Source: a virus
Length of the DNA: 64,000 bases
IMG/VR virus record: IMGVR_UViG_3300031521_000025
Location: 47,458-111,457 of that record
Strand: one strand, 5' to 3'
The notes beneath the pieces were generated by a model. It was not told the DNA's origin and made no database searches. It saw only the letters and a program-made list of their open reading frames with translations. Numbering within the stretch: position 1 is the first letter of the stretch; the number at the start of each line of letters is the position of its first letter. The position numbers and the translations under genes were made by a program. Shown here in pieces: positions 17,660 through 27,386 of the stretch.

Positions 17660-18820
17660 ATGTATAGTCATAACAATGTATTAAAAAATGCGATTCAATA
17701 CTTCAATGGAGATGAATTAGCAGCTACTGTTTGGATGAACAAATATTGTTTGAAAAACAACAATGGAGATTTTTTAGAAAAGTCCCCAGAGGATATGCAC
17801 AAAAGACTTGCTAAAGAATTTGCAAGAATTGAAAAGAAATATCCAAACCCTATGTCAGAGGAAAAAATATTTGAATTAATTAATCGTTTTGATTATATTG
17901 TTCCTCAAGGCAGTCCAATGTCTGGTATAGGAAATAATCATAAAATTCAATCTATTTCAAATTGTTTTGTTATCAAAAACCCTTATGATTCTTATGCAGG
18001 GATATTTAAAACAGAGCAAGAAATGGTTCAATTAATGAAACGTAGAGGCGGAGTTGGGTTTAGTATACATTCTTTAAGACCTAAAGAAATGCCGACAAGC
18101 TCTGTTTCAGAAAAAAGTTCAGGAATTGTATTATTTTCAGAAAGATTTAGTAATGGAACAAGAGAAGTTGCTCAAGATGGAAGAAGAGGAGCTCTAATGT
18201 TAAGTTGTAGAGTTGATCATCCAGATATTGAAAGTTTTATAGATGCTAAATTAGATTTAAAGAAAATTACAGGAGCAAATGTATCTATAATGATTACGGA
18301 TGCTTTTATGGAAGCTGTAAAAGTTGATGGAGAATACGAATTAACTTTCATAGGAGAAAAAGGATCAATCTCAAAGAAAATTAAAGCAAAGAAAGTTTGG
18401 GATAAAATAATGTTTAATGCGCATAAAAGTGCAGAACCAGGAATTCTTTTTATGGATACTATTCATAATGAATCTCCTGTTAAAAATTACGGAGAAGAAT
18501 GGGTAGAAACTTCCACTAACCCCTGTGTTACTGGAGATACAATTGTAAAGACTTTAAATGGTGACTTAACTATAAAAGAAATTTTTGATAATAAAATTTT
18601 AGCAGATATTTATTCTTATAACACAGAAACTGAAAAAATAGAAGTTGATAAAATAGAAAATGTTTATTTAACTAGAAAAAACGCTAATGTTATAGAATTA
18701 GAATTAGATAATGGAGAAAGTATAAAATTAACCCCAGATCACAAAGTTTATACAAAAAACAGAGGCTGGACCCCTGCAGGTGTTTTAACAACAGAAGATA
18801 TTTTATTAAAAATTGAGTAG
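17660..18820 (+). CDS. nrdJ: class II (B12-dependent) ribonucleotide reductase, N-terminal half fused to split-intein N-fragment
   Basis: PQGSP, SNCFV, RGGVG, QDGRRGALM, GANVS, AEPGILF, ETSTNP then intein CVTGDT... Confidence 0.9.
   Translation: MYSHNNVLKNAIQYFNGDELAATVWMNKYCLKNNNGDFLEKSPEDMHKRLAKEFARIEKKYPNPMSEEKIFELINRFDYIVPQGSPMSGIGNNHKIQSISNCFVIKNPYDSYAGIFKTEQEMVQLMKRRGGVGFSIHSLRPKEMPTSSVSEKSSGIVLFSERFSNGTREVAQDGRRGALMLSCRVDHPDIESFIDAKLDLKKITGANVSIMITDAFMEAVKVDGEYELTFIGEKGSISKKIKAKKVWDKIMFNAHKSAEPGILFMDTIHNESPVKNYGEEWVETSTNPCVTGDTIVKTLNGDLTIKEIFDNKILADIYSYNTETEKIEVDKIENVYLTRKNANVIELELDNGESIKLTPDHKVYTKNRGWTPAGVLTTEDILLKIE
18524..18820 (+). mobile_element. split intein N-fragment (98 aa) in nrdJ
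   Basis: Block A CVTGDTIV, block B LTPDHKV, then stop. Confidence 0.9.
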
Positions 18821-18858
18821 AAATCCGTGCCGATTCTATATTTAAATAAAAAGAAAAT

Positions 18859-19656
18859 ATGGAAAATATAGAATCGGTAAAATCTTTATTAGAAGAAATT
18901 CAAAAAAGAGTTTTTTTAACAACAAGTACTTTAGTAAGGGTAGATAAAAACGGAAAAACAGTTAGAGTGGGTTGTGTAGCTCACGATGAAAAGAAAATAA
19001 AAGAAGATCCTCGTTACAAAACAACAAAAGATTGGTTATATTACAAATATATAAAAGAAGAATATAGTAGAAATTATTTAATTAAAGAATATAACTTAAA
19101 AGTTTCTTTATCTGTTTTTAAAAAAATATTTGAAATATTTGAAATTCCTGCAAGATGTTTAGGTACTGTTACTAATAGAACAAAAAGCCTAAGAAGTGAA
19201 AAGTCAAAAAAAGAATATGAAAAAAAAACTGGTTGGTGGGATAAAAAAGTATTTAGAGTTAATAAAGAATATAGCGGTAGAGGAATTCAAGGTTATTATT
19301 TTAACAAATCACTTCAAAAATTTGTATGGCTGCGAAGCTCTTACGAATATATTTACGCTAAGTGGTTAGATAATAATAACTGGGAGTGGGATGTAGAATT
19401 TAAAAGATACGAAGTAAAAGATAAAATTTATAGACCTGATTTTTTTATTTTCAACAATGGTGTTTTAAAAAAAATAGTTGAAATAAAAGGTTATTGGAAT
19501 AATACAAGTTGGAAAGTAGAAGAATTAAATAAAATATTAAAAATTGATGTTGCAATTATCAACAAAGAGGAAATTAAAAATTATACAATTAATGTTAGAA
19601 AAGATATAAAAGAATGGAAGGAAATAAGATTAAAGAAATTAGAATTAAAAAAATAA
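18859..19656 (+). CDS. free-standing putative homing endonuclease, PD-(D/E)xK fold
   Basis: LRSSYE...YRPDFFI...IVEIKGY; sits between the two intein halves. Confidence 0.75.
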   Translation: MENIESVKSLLEEIQKRVFLTTSTLVRVDKNGKTVRVGCVAHDEKKIKEDPRYKTTKDWLYYKYIKEEYSRNYLIKEYNLKVSLSVFKKIFEIFEIPARCLGTVTNRTKSLRSEKSKKEYEKKTGWWDKKVFRVNKEYSGRGIQGYYFNKSLQKFVWLRSSYEYIYAKWLDNNNWEWDVEFKRYEVKDKIYRPDFFIFNNGVLKKIVEIKGYWNNTSWKVEELNKILKIDVAIINKEEIKNYTINVRKDIKEWKEIRLKKLELKK

Positions 19657-19739
19657 ACATAATTCAAAACGAAGATGTTTATGATATTACAGTTAAAAAA
19701 AATCATAATTTTTTTGCAAATGGTTTGTTAATTCATAAT
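19614..19739 (+). mobile_element. split intein C-fragment (42 aa) in nrdJ
   Basis: Blocks F/G ending HN, followed by +1 Cys. Confidence 0.9.
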
Positions 19740-21356
19740 TGCGGAGAAATCCCACTGTGTGAGTTTGATTCTTGCAGGTTATTATCTCTTAATTTATTTG
19801 GATACGTAGTTAATCCTTTTACACCTGAAGCATATTTTGATTTTGAATTATTCAAAGAACATGTTAATTATGGTCAAAGAATGATGGATGATATTGTTGA
19901 TCTTGAGTTAGAAAAAATAGATATCATTTTAAATAAAATTGAAAACGACAAAGATGATGAAATTCTAAAACAAGTCGAAAGAGATTTATGGACAAATATT
20001 AAAAGAAAAGCAATATTAGGCAGAAGAACAGGTTTTGGGATAACAGCCGAAGGTGATATGCTTGCTGCTTTAAATATTCGTTATGGAACTCCAGCCGCTA
20101 CAATTTTTTCAATTGAAGTACATAAAACTTTAGCAATTTATAGTTACAAAACTAGTATAGATCTTGCAGAAGAAAGAGGTTGTTTTCCTATTTGGGATAA
20201 AGAAGTAGATGTAAAAAGTAATTACATTCAAAGAATTTTGCCAGAATTAAAACAAATAGGATATGAAGAAAAATATTTTAAATTTGGTAGAAGAAATGTA
20301 GCAAATCTTACAATTGCTCCTGCAGGATCTGTATCTTTATTAACAAGAACTACTTCTGGAGTAGAACCTGCGTTTATGATTTCTTATAAAAGAAGAAAAA
20401 AAATAAACCCTGAAGATGAAGGTGTAAAAGTTAATTTTGTTGATGTAAACGGTGACGCTTGGGAAGAGTATAATGTTTTTCATCCTAAATTTAGTTTATG
20501 GGCTAAAGTAAATGGATATGATACAGATTATATTAAAACATTACCTCAGAGCGAATTAGATAAAATTATTGAAAAATCTCCTTATTATAAAGCAACTTCT
20601 GCTGATGTTGATTGGGTAGAAAAAGTTAAGATGCAAGGAGCTATTCAAAAATGGATAGATCATTCAATTAGTGTTACTGTAAATATCCCAAAAGAAACTA
20701 CTGTTGAAACTGTAAATAAAATTTACACTGCAGCTTGGGAATCTGGCTGTAAAGGAATGACTATTTATAGAGATGGAAGTAGAAGTGGAGTAATGATTTC
20801 AAATGACGAACAAGATAGTAAATTTGAATATGTTGATTCTGCTAAAAGACCTAAAGAATTAGAATGCGACATTCATCACTTATCAGCATTAGGCAGCAAA
20901 TGGATTGTATTAATTGGATTACATGAAAATAAACCTTATGAAATTTTTGCACTTAAAGATGTCCAAGATAATGTTGAATTTGCAAAAAACTATACTAAAG
21001 GTAAAATTGTAAGAAGAAAAAAAGGTGTTTATGATTTAGTAAGTATAAAAGATCAAGTTTTACTAAAAGATATTGCTTCTTATTTTGAAACTGATGACGA
21101 AAGAGCTTCAACCAGAAGATATTCTTTAATGTTAAGACATAGAATACATCCTAAATATATTGTTTTTCAAGCAGAAGAAGAACCAGGATCTATTGTAGCT
21201 TTCAACAAAGCAATTGCTAGAACTTTAAAAAAATATTTAACTGAAGAAGATTTAAAATCTGTAGGAAAAGTATGTAAAGAATGTGGTTCTGAAAACTTAG
21301 CTATACAAGAAGGTTGTTTAGTTTGCTTAAATTGTGGAAGCTCTAAATGCGGATGA
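19614..21356 (+). CDS. nrdJ: class II RNR C-terminal half with N-terminal split-intein C-fragment
   Basis: VYDITV..NHNFFANGLLIHN|CGEIPL, then RRTGFG, TIAPAGS, TSGVEP, DHSISVTVN, GCKGMTIYRDGSR and a C-terminal Zn ribbon. Confidence 0.9.
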   Translation: MEGNKIKEIRIKKINIIQNEDVYDITVKKNHNFFANGLLIHNCGEIPLCEFDSCRLLSLNLFGYVVNPFTPEAYFDFELFKEHVNYGQRMMDDIVDLELEKIDIILNKIENDKDDEILKQVERDLWTNIKRKAILGRRTGFGITAEGDMLAALNIRYGTPAATIFSIEVHKTLAIYSYKTSIDLAEERGCFPIWDKEVDVKSNYIQRILPELKQIGYEEKYFKFGRRNVANLTIAPAGSVSLLTRTTSGVEPAFMISYKRRKKINPEDEGVKVNFVDVNGDAWEEYNVFHPKFSLWAKVNGYDTDYIKTLPQSELDKIIEKSPYYKATSADVDWVEKVKMQGAIQKWIDHSISVTVNIPKETTVETVNKIYTAAWESGCKGMTIYRDGSRSGVMISNDEQDSKFEYVDSAKRPKELECDIHHLSALGSKWIVLIGLHENKPYEIFALKDVQDNVEFAKNYTKGKIVRRKKGVYDLVSIKDQVLLKDIASYFETDDERASTRRYSLMLRHRIHPKYIVFQAEEEPGSIVAFNKAIARTLKKYLTEEDLKSVGKVCKECGSENLAIQEGCLVCLNCGSSKCG

Positions 21357-21378
21357 TAATTTTCAAATTACAATAAAG

Positions 21379-21417
21379 AAAACCCTTAAATAAAATAAAA
21401 ATATTTAAGGGTTTTTT
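21379..21417 (+). terminator. intrinsic terminator
   Basis: AAAACCCTTAAATA...TATTTAAGGGTTTT hairpin plus T tract. Confidence 0.75.
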
Positions 21418-21444
21418 GTTTTATTTCTTATATTAATAATAAAA

Positions 21445-21633
21445 ATGAAAAAGATAAATGTTGCAAGATTAGAACTTTGTTTAGAGTCGAAAAGTGTATC
21501 TCCTGAAATGAAAAATATTATTACAATAGCTGTAACTAATTTTATTTCTGTAAATTGTGGCGATGTAGCTCAAACGTCACATATTCAAAATTATATGCTT
21601 TTAGACGATTTAGGTTTATTAATAGAATATTAA
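21445..21633 (+). CDS. hypothetical protein
   Basis: 62-aa ORF after a promoter-like motif. Confidence 0.55.
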   Translation: MKKINVARLELCLESKSVSPEMKNIITIAVTNFISVNCGDVAQTSHIQNYMLLDDLGLLIEY

Positions 21634-21638
21634 AAAAA

Positions 21639-21818
21639 ATGAAAATGAAAAAGAAAAATACACTTTGGTTGCATAATCATGCTGGAGACGAAGCTTTTTT
21701 AGGTTTAGGTAAAGATCATGTTATTGTTGACAGAGAAGATTGGGAACAAGCACTTTCTTATAGAAAAATAATTGAAGAAATTGAAGAAATAATGGAAGAA
21801 AAGTTAAAAAAAGTGTAA
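21639..21818 (+). CDS. hypothetical protein
   Basis: Track ORF 21555..21818; likely ATG start at 21639 after the previous stop. Confidence 0.55.
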   Translation: MKMKKKNTLWLHNHAGDEAFLGLGKDHVIVDREDWEQALSYRKIIEEIEEIMEEKLKKV

Positions 21819-21871
21819 AAAAAAACTTATATTAATATTAGAAAAAAGTAATTAATAAAAAAAATAAAAAA

Positions 21872-22669
21872 ATGAAAACATTTGGAATTTTAAGCATTAG
21901 TGGAGGGATGGATTCTACCGCACTACTAATAAACATGTTGGAGAAAAACATGGATGTTAGATGTCTTTCGTTCAATTATGGACAAAAACATAAAGTTGAA
22001 CTTGAAAGAATTAAAAAAAATATTGAATATCTTAAATCTAAAGGATTTAATGTTGAACATAATGTTGTTGATATTTCTATTTTAGGTAAACTTTACAATT
22101 CTGCTTTAACAACAGAAGGTGTTGCTGTACCTGAAGGTCACTATGCTGAAGAAAATATGAAAGCAACAGTAGTTCCTAACAGAAATGCAATTTTTAGTTC
22201 TATGGTTTACGGTTACGCTTTATCTCTTGTAAAAGATGAAGACGGAGGTCAAGCATATATAGCTTTAGGTATTCATTCAGGTGATCATGATATTTATCCA
22301 GATTGTAGAGCAGAATTTAGAGATGCTTTAGAATATGCATTTAAAATTGGCAACTGGGATTCAGAAAAAGTAGAATACTATACACCGTATATCGATGGAG
22401 ATAAATTTAGCATTCTTCAAGAAGCTGAAGTAAATTGCAAAAAACTAGGACTTGATTTTCAAGTAATTTTCGGAAATACAAATACTTGTTATAACCCTAA
22501 TAGCAATGGAGAATCATGCGGAAAATGTGGTTCTTGTCAAGAGCGTTTATTAGCTTTCAACAAACTAGGATATAAAGATCCTGTAACATATTCTTCTGAT
22601 TATAACGAGTTAATTACAAACGTTTTAAAGTCGGAAGAAAATTTTAAAAATTCACAAAAAAAAGCATAA
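21872..22669 (+). CDS. queC: 7-cyano-7-deazaguanine synthase
   Basis: SGGMDS, FNYGQKH, VVPNRNAIF, YPDCR, TCY...CGKCGSC.ER. Confidence 0.93.
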   Translation: MKTFGILSISGGMDSTALLINMLEKNMDVRCLSFNYGQKHKVELERIKKNIEYLKSKGFNVEHNVVDISILGKLYNSALTTEGVAVPEGHYAEENMKATVVPNRNAIFSSMVYGYALSLVKDEDGGQAYIALGIHSGDHDIYPDCRAEFRDALEYAFKIGNWDSEKVEYYTPYIDGDKFSILQEAEVNCKKLGLDFQVIFGNTNTCYNPNSNGESCGKCGSCQERLLAFNKLGYKDPVTYSSDYNELITNVLKSEENFKNSQKKA

Positions 22670-22765
22670 ATTTTCGAGAGTTTTCTGAAAATTCTCATAT
22701 TTATAATAAATAAAGTAATGGTTCCGGGTAACCTATTTAGTATTAATTAAAAAACAAAAAAAACA

Positions 22766-23605
22766 ATGACAAACGCAGCAACAAAATTGCAAGAGACGTT
22801 ATCACGTCTAAACAAAATGACCAGTCAAAAAAAAGGTAGTGGAACTGGCAAAAAAATCAATTATTGGAAACCAAAACAAGGTAAAAATGAATTAATCGTT
22901 TTACCGTTCGCAGCTTTAGGTGATCCGTTTTTCGAATGGGGAGAACACAAAGGTCTTTTAGAGCCTTCTTATTTATCAATCCCTTGTGCACAACATTTTG
23001 ATGGTAGTCCATGTCCAATTTGTGAGGTTGTAAAAGATCTTAAAAAAGCGGATTGGAAAGGAAATAAAGAAATGTGGGCTCCAATCGAAACAAAAGTTCG
23101 CTATTATTCACCTGTAGTTGATTTAGCTAATATTGAAGCAGGTATTCAATGGTTTAGTTACGGAAAAACAGTGTTAAGTCAATTCCAAACTTGGCTTGTA
23201 AATCTTGAAGAAGATGAACTTCCTTTTTACAGTGTTGAAAATCCTGAAAAAATTATTGTTAACTATGATAAAGAAGCTGATGCTGCTTTAAAATATAAGT
23301 TAGACAAAAAAGCTATCAAAAAACTTCCTGAAGGTTTAGATCTTGAAGAACTAGTTGAAGGTATGGAAGATTTAGGTGCACTTTTAAATCAATACAAAAG
23401 AGATGATAATGCATTAGCTCAAATTGTTGATGATTATTTAAAAGTATTTGCTGAATCTCTTTCTGATGATGATGAAGAAGAAGAAAAAACAACTGAAACT
23501 CCTGAAGTAAAAGAAACATCAGAAAGTAATGATGATGACGATGATGACGACGATAAAGATGTTGATGACACTCCAAAGTTGAAATCTCTTAAGAAAAAAC
23601 AATAA
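22766..23605 (+). CDS. single-stranded DNA-binding protein (T4 gp32-like)
   Basis: YWKP..G, H...C...CPIC Zn site, acidic C-terminal tail, directly upstream of recA. Confidence 0.8.
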   Translation: MTNAATKLQETLSRLNKMTSQKKGSGTGKKINYWKPKQGKNELIVLPFAALGDPFFEWGEHKGLLEPSYLSIPCAQHFDGSPCPICEVVKDLKKADWKGNKEMWAPIETKVRYYSPVVDLANIEAGIQWFSYGKTVLSQFQTWLVNLEEDELPFYSVENPEKIIVNYDKEADAALKYKLDKKAIKKLPEGLDLEELVEGMEDLGALLNQYKRDDNALAQIVDDYLKVFAESLSDDDEEEEKTTETPEVKETSESNDDDDDDDDKDVDDTPKLKSLKKKQ

Positions 23606-23614
23606 CAACTCTTT

Positions 23615-23648
23615 AAAAAAGAGAGAATTTACTTCTCTCTTTTTTTTT
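23615..23648 (+). terminator. intrinsic terminator
   Basis: GAGAGAA-loop-TTCTCTC followed by a T tract. Confidence 0.75.
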
Positions 23649-23684
23649 ACAATTCAAACAAATTTTAATCTAATATAATTAAAA

Positions 23685-24944
23685 ATGGCAAAAGAAAATA
23701 AAGTTGTCGTAGACGATATCTTTGCAAAATTAATAGCTGAACAAAACAGTATTTCTCCAGGAGCAGCTGTTGCAGGCGATGAAATGTTCGCTGCAGTAAA
23801 AATTTGGATCCCAACAGGTTCTACAATTTTGGATACTATTATAGCTAACAAACCAGGTGGTGGTTGGCCTGCTGGAAGAACTGTTGAAATATATGGACAA
23901 GAATCTATTGGAAAATCTACATTAGTTTTTTCAGGATTAGCAAACGTTCAAAAAATGGGAGGTATTGCTATGTATTTTGATGTTGAGCAAGCAGGTTCTC
24001 AAGAAATGATGGAAAATAATGGAGTAGATTTAAGTAGGTTAATTGTTTCTAAATTAACTTCTATTGAAGAGATTTTTAAAGTTTTAGAAAAAAACCTTCA
24101 AACAATTATTAACACTAAATCATATAAAGATAAACCTGTTCTTGTTTGTATGGATTCATTAGCTCAAATGACTACGGATGCAGAATTGGAAGCGGATTAT
24201 GATTTTAATATGAATATTAATCTTAAAAAAGCAGTTCAAATTGGAAAAGCTTTAAGAAAGATAACTCCATATTTAAATGAAGCAAATGCTTGTTTAATCA
24301 TTATCAACCAGTTACGCGATATGCCTGGGACGACATATGGAGATCCTACCACCACGCCAGGGGGTAAAGCCCTCAAGTTTGCTGCGTCTGTTCGCATAAA
24401 ATTAATGGGAAAAACCCCCGTTCGTGTTTTAGATCCTATTACACAAGAGATTTATGACAATGCTGTAGAAGAATGGTATAATGAATGTGAAATTTGGAAA
24501 GAAAATGGCGGAGGGAAAACTGGAGCGAAAAAACCAGCAAAACCAAAGAAAACAGATTTTAAAGGAAGTGAAGTAACTGTTGGAAATGATGTTACAGCAA
24601 CTCTTGTTAAGAATAAAGTAGGACCTCCAAATAGAGAAGCAGAGTTTAGAATTATCTTTACTGAAGGTATTATTGAAGAAGAAGCATGGTTTGATTATGC
24701 TACAAAATTCAAAATTATTGAAAATGAAAATGCTTTTACTTATAAGTTTTCTGAAAAAAGTAAAATTGTTTTTGAAAATGAATTAGGCCCAATTCTTTTT
24801 AAAAGAGATGAATGGTTGGAGAACGTAATGGTGGATGTTGACATTAGAGAACAAGTAAAAAACCAAATTGTTAAAATGTTAACACAATCAACTAAAGGAG
24901 CTAAAGCAGCACCTGCTAAATTAGGCGAAGAAGACGAGGAATAA
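23685..24944 (+). CDS. recA: RecA/UvsX recombinase
   Basis: IPTGS..LD, Walker A GQESIGKS, MDS, INQLR, PGGKALKFAASVRI, KNKVGPP. Confidence 0.93.
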   Translation: MAKENKVVVDDIFAKLIAEQNSISPGAAVAGDEMFAAVKIWIPTGSTILDTIIANKPGGGWPAGRTVEIYGQESIGKSTLVFSGLANVQKMGGIAMYFDVEQAGSQEMMENNGVDLSRLIVSKLTSIEEIFKVLEKNLQTIINTKSYKDKPVLVCMDSLAQMTTDAELEADYDFNMNINLKKAVQIGKALRKITPYLNEANACLIIINQLRDMPGTTYGDPTTTPGGKALKFAASVRIKLMGKTPVRVLDPITQEIYDNAVEEWYNECEIWKENGGGKTGAKKPAKPKKTDFKGSEVTVGNDVTATLVKNKVGPPNREAEFRIIFTEGIIEEEAWFDYATKFKIIENENAFTYKFSEKSKIVFENELGPILFKRDEWLENVMVDVDIREQVKNQIVKMLTQSTKGAKAAPAKLGEEDEE

Positions 24945-24947
24945 GCT

Positions 24948-25922
24948 ATGCAAAGTAGAATTCTGTACATAGATGGCTTTAATTTGTTTCAAGCGAATTA
25001 TCGCTCTAATATAGCGCTAGATACAAATGGAGAACCTATAGGAGGGTTTATTGGAGTACTACAACAATTGAGGGGGTTAATTTACAAATTTTCCCCTCAA
25101 AAAGTACTTATGGTATTCGATGGACCAGATGCAGGTTTAAGAAGAAGAAGTTTGTATAGTGGATATAAATCAAAAAGAAGAGCAAAAAAACGATGTGCTA
25201 CAGTAAAATTAGGAGATGATTTGATCCAAACAGATAATGAATCAGAGCAATTAGAAAAATTGTTTAATGCTTTAAGAGTTTTGCCTGTACAATTGATTTC
25301 AGTTCCTTTTTACGAAGCCGATGATGTAATTTCTTATTTAGTTGCTAGAAACCCTGAATATAACAATATAATTGTATCTAACGATAAAGATTATTTACAA
25401 AGAATAACTGAAACTACACATGTTTATCAATTTACGAAAAAAAAATTGATGGATTTGAAAAAAGTAGAAGAAGAATTTGAAATTAATCCTAAAAATATTC
25501 TTTATTATAGATCAATAGTTGGAGATAGTTCGGATGAATTAATAGGGATTAAAGGATTAGGTAAAGATATTATAAATAAAATATCTGCGTTTAAAGAAAG
25601 AGCTTTTGATTCTTTTGGAGATTTTTGGAGTGAAATAGAAAGTCTTGAAGAAGGGAAAAGTAAAAAAATAAAACTACTTAAAGAAAATCAACAGCAAGCT
25701 TTGTTAATGTATCAATTAATGAGATTGGATGAAACTAGTTTAAATCAAAGAGCTATTAATTTAGTAAGATCTCAATTAGATGAACAATTAGATAAGCCTT
25801 TTTCCAGTATTGGGTTTAAAATCTTTTGCACAAAAAACAAGCTTAATATTCAGTTAAAAGATCCTGATAGTTTTTTAAGTGGGTTTTTTGCACTTAAAAG
25901 AAAAATAGAAATAAATACTTAA
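24948..25922 (+). CDS. 5'-3' exonuclease / T4 RNase H-like flap nuclease
   Basis: IDGFN, VFDG, YKSKR, EADDVI, SNDKDYLQ, GDSSD.L.GIKGLG. Confidence 0.9.
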   Translation: MQSRILYIDGFNLFQANYRSNIALDTNGEPIGGFIGVLQQLRGLIYKFSPQKVLMVFDGPDAGLRRRSLYSGYKSKRRAKKRCATVKLGDDLIQTDNESEQLEKLFNALRVLPVQLISVPFYEADDVISYLVARNPEYNNIIVSNDKDYLQRITETTHVYQFTKKKLMDLKKVEEEFEINPKNILYYRSIVGDSSDELIGIKGLGKDIINKISAFKERAFDSFGDFWSEIESLEEGKSKKIKLLKENQQQALLMYQLMRLDETSLNQRAINLVRSQLDEQLDKPFSSIGFKIFCTKNKLNIQLKDPDSFLSGFFALKRKIEINT

Positions 25923-25965
25923 AATAAAACAAGCTAAAATTAAAACATTTTAGCTTGTTTTATTT
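25921..25965 (+). terminator. hairpin/terminator
   Basis: AAATAAAACAAGCTAAAAT...ATTTTAGCTTGTTTTATTT inverted repeat. Confidence 0.7.
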
Positions 25966-26021
25966 ATAAAACTGAGAAAAAAATTCTTATATTTAAAATG
26001 TAATTAGTTATATAAAAAAAC

Positions 26022-27353
26022 ATGCAAGAAAATAATTTAAAAAAGTTCGGTCAAGATTTTCAATTATCAGTGCTTTCTCTTTTTTTTCAAGATAAATCTT
26101 TTACAAACAAAATTAAAGATATTTTAGAACCTGACTATTTTGATAATAAGTATTCTAAATGGTTTTGTGAAAAAGGTTTAGAATACTTAGAAAAATATAT
26201 GAACTTTCCATCTTCTGTAAAGGTTTTTAATATTTTAAAAACAATAATTGAAAAAGAAGTTGAAGAAAAAATGGCTAAAACATATCTTAGTGTTTTAGAA
26301 AAAATTTCAGAAGTTGAGTTAAGCGATAGAGAATATGTAGAAGCAGAAGTTTTTAATTTTTGTTTTACTAAATTTGCGTTAAAACAATTAGAAGAACAAA
26401 AAAATCAAATATTGTTAAACAATTTTGATGATGCAAGAAGGGTTGCTTTTAGTACATATACACCTATAGCAAAAAACAGTCAAGAGTTTTCTTTAAAAAA
26501 AGATTATAAGATTGCTTCAAAAGCCAAAGAACATTTAAATCCAATTCCTTTTCCGTTTAAAACTTTTACAGAAAACACAAGTGGAGGTCCTGGTGCTGGA
26601 GATTTAGCTATCATTATGGCTCAATCTAACTTTGGAAAAAGTAACTTTTTAGTTGCTTGGGCAAGACACGCGGCTGAAGTTGGACATAACGTTATTTATT
26701 TTACTTTAGAAACCAAAGGAGAGCAATTAATTGATAGAGCAATTGCAGGGTTAACAAGAATTAACCAAGCGGAGTTAATAAACCATGAAAAATTAATTGA
26801 ATCTAGGGTTAATAAAGTTTTAGGTGATGTTAAGTTTATTAAAATAAAATCTACCTTAGCTCGAATAGAAGTAGTTAAACAAAAAATTGAAGAAGAAAAA
26901 GCAAACGGCTTCTTTCCTGATTTTGTTATAATTGATGGACTAAATCAATTAAAAGCTTCTAAAGGTATGAATTTCAATGGAAATTCAAATGATAAATTTG
27001 AATATCTTTCTGAAGAACTTAGAGACATGGGAGAAGAATATGGAATCCCTATAGCAACCGCCTTTCAGAGTAACAGATGTTTAGCTTTAAACACTTTAGT
27101 GGATTTAAAAGATAAAGGTAAAGTTAAAATAATATCTTTAAAAGAAGGCGATGAAATTTTAACACATAAAGGGTATAAGAAAGTTACTAAAATATACCCA
27201 ACAGAAAAACAGCCTGTTTATAAAATCAAGTTAAAATCTGGTAAAGAAATAATATGCTCGGGAAAACATGAGTTTCCTTTAGAAAATGGAGAATTATTAA
27301 GCATAGAAGAAGGGTTGCAGCAAGGTTTCAAACTATTGACAAAAAAAATATAG
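26022..27353 (+). CDS. replicative helicase (gp41/DnaB), N-terminal half fused to split-intein N-fragment
   Basis: Walker A AQSNFGKS, FTLE, VIIDG, AFQSNR then CLALNT... Confidence 0.88.
   Translation: MQENNLKKFGQDFQLSVLSLFFQDKSFTNKIKDILEPDYFDNKYSKWFCEKGLEYLEKYMNFPSSVKVFNILKTIIEKEVEEKMAKTYLSVLEKISEVELSDREYVEAEVFNFCFTKFALKQLEEQKNQILLNNFDDARRVAFSTYTPIAKNSQEFSLKKDYKIASKAKEHLNPIPFPFKTFTENTSGGPGAGDLAIIMAQSNFGKSNFLVAWARHAAEVGHNVIYFTLETKGEQLIDRAIAGLTRINQAELINHEKLIESRVNKVLGDVKFIKIKSTLARIEVVKQKIEEEKANGFFPDFVIIDGLNQLKASKGMNFNGNSNDKFEYLSEELRDMGEEYGIPIATAFQSNRCLALNTLVDLKDKGKVKIISLKEGDEILTHKGYKKVTKIYPTEKQPVYKIKLKSGKEIICSGKHEFPLENGELLSIEEGLQQGFKLLTKKI
27078..27353 (+). mobile_element. split intein N-fragment (91 aa) in helicase
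   Basis: CLALNTLV block A; IICSGKHEFP block B, gp41-1-like. Confidence 0.9.
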
Positions 27354-27386
27354 TTGTTTGAAAAGAAAGTTGTATTTAAATATAAA

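Noticed and set aside
18821-19613. Group I/II intron interrupting nrdJ (likewise helicase and dnaE)
   Set aside because: The gaps are filled by ORF with only short AT-rich spacers, leaving no room for a ribozyme core, and intein blocks A/B and F/G flank the breaks.
18818-27353. TAG stop-codon reassignment explaining the broken nrdJ and helicase genes
   Set aside because: Other genes are full length under code 11. The nrdJ endonuclease is out of frame, the second breaks and the dnaE break use TAA, and each C-half has its own ATG.
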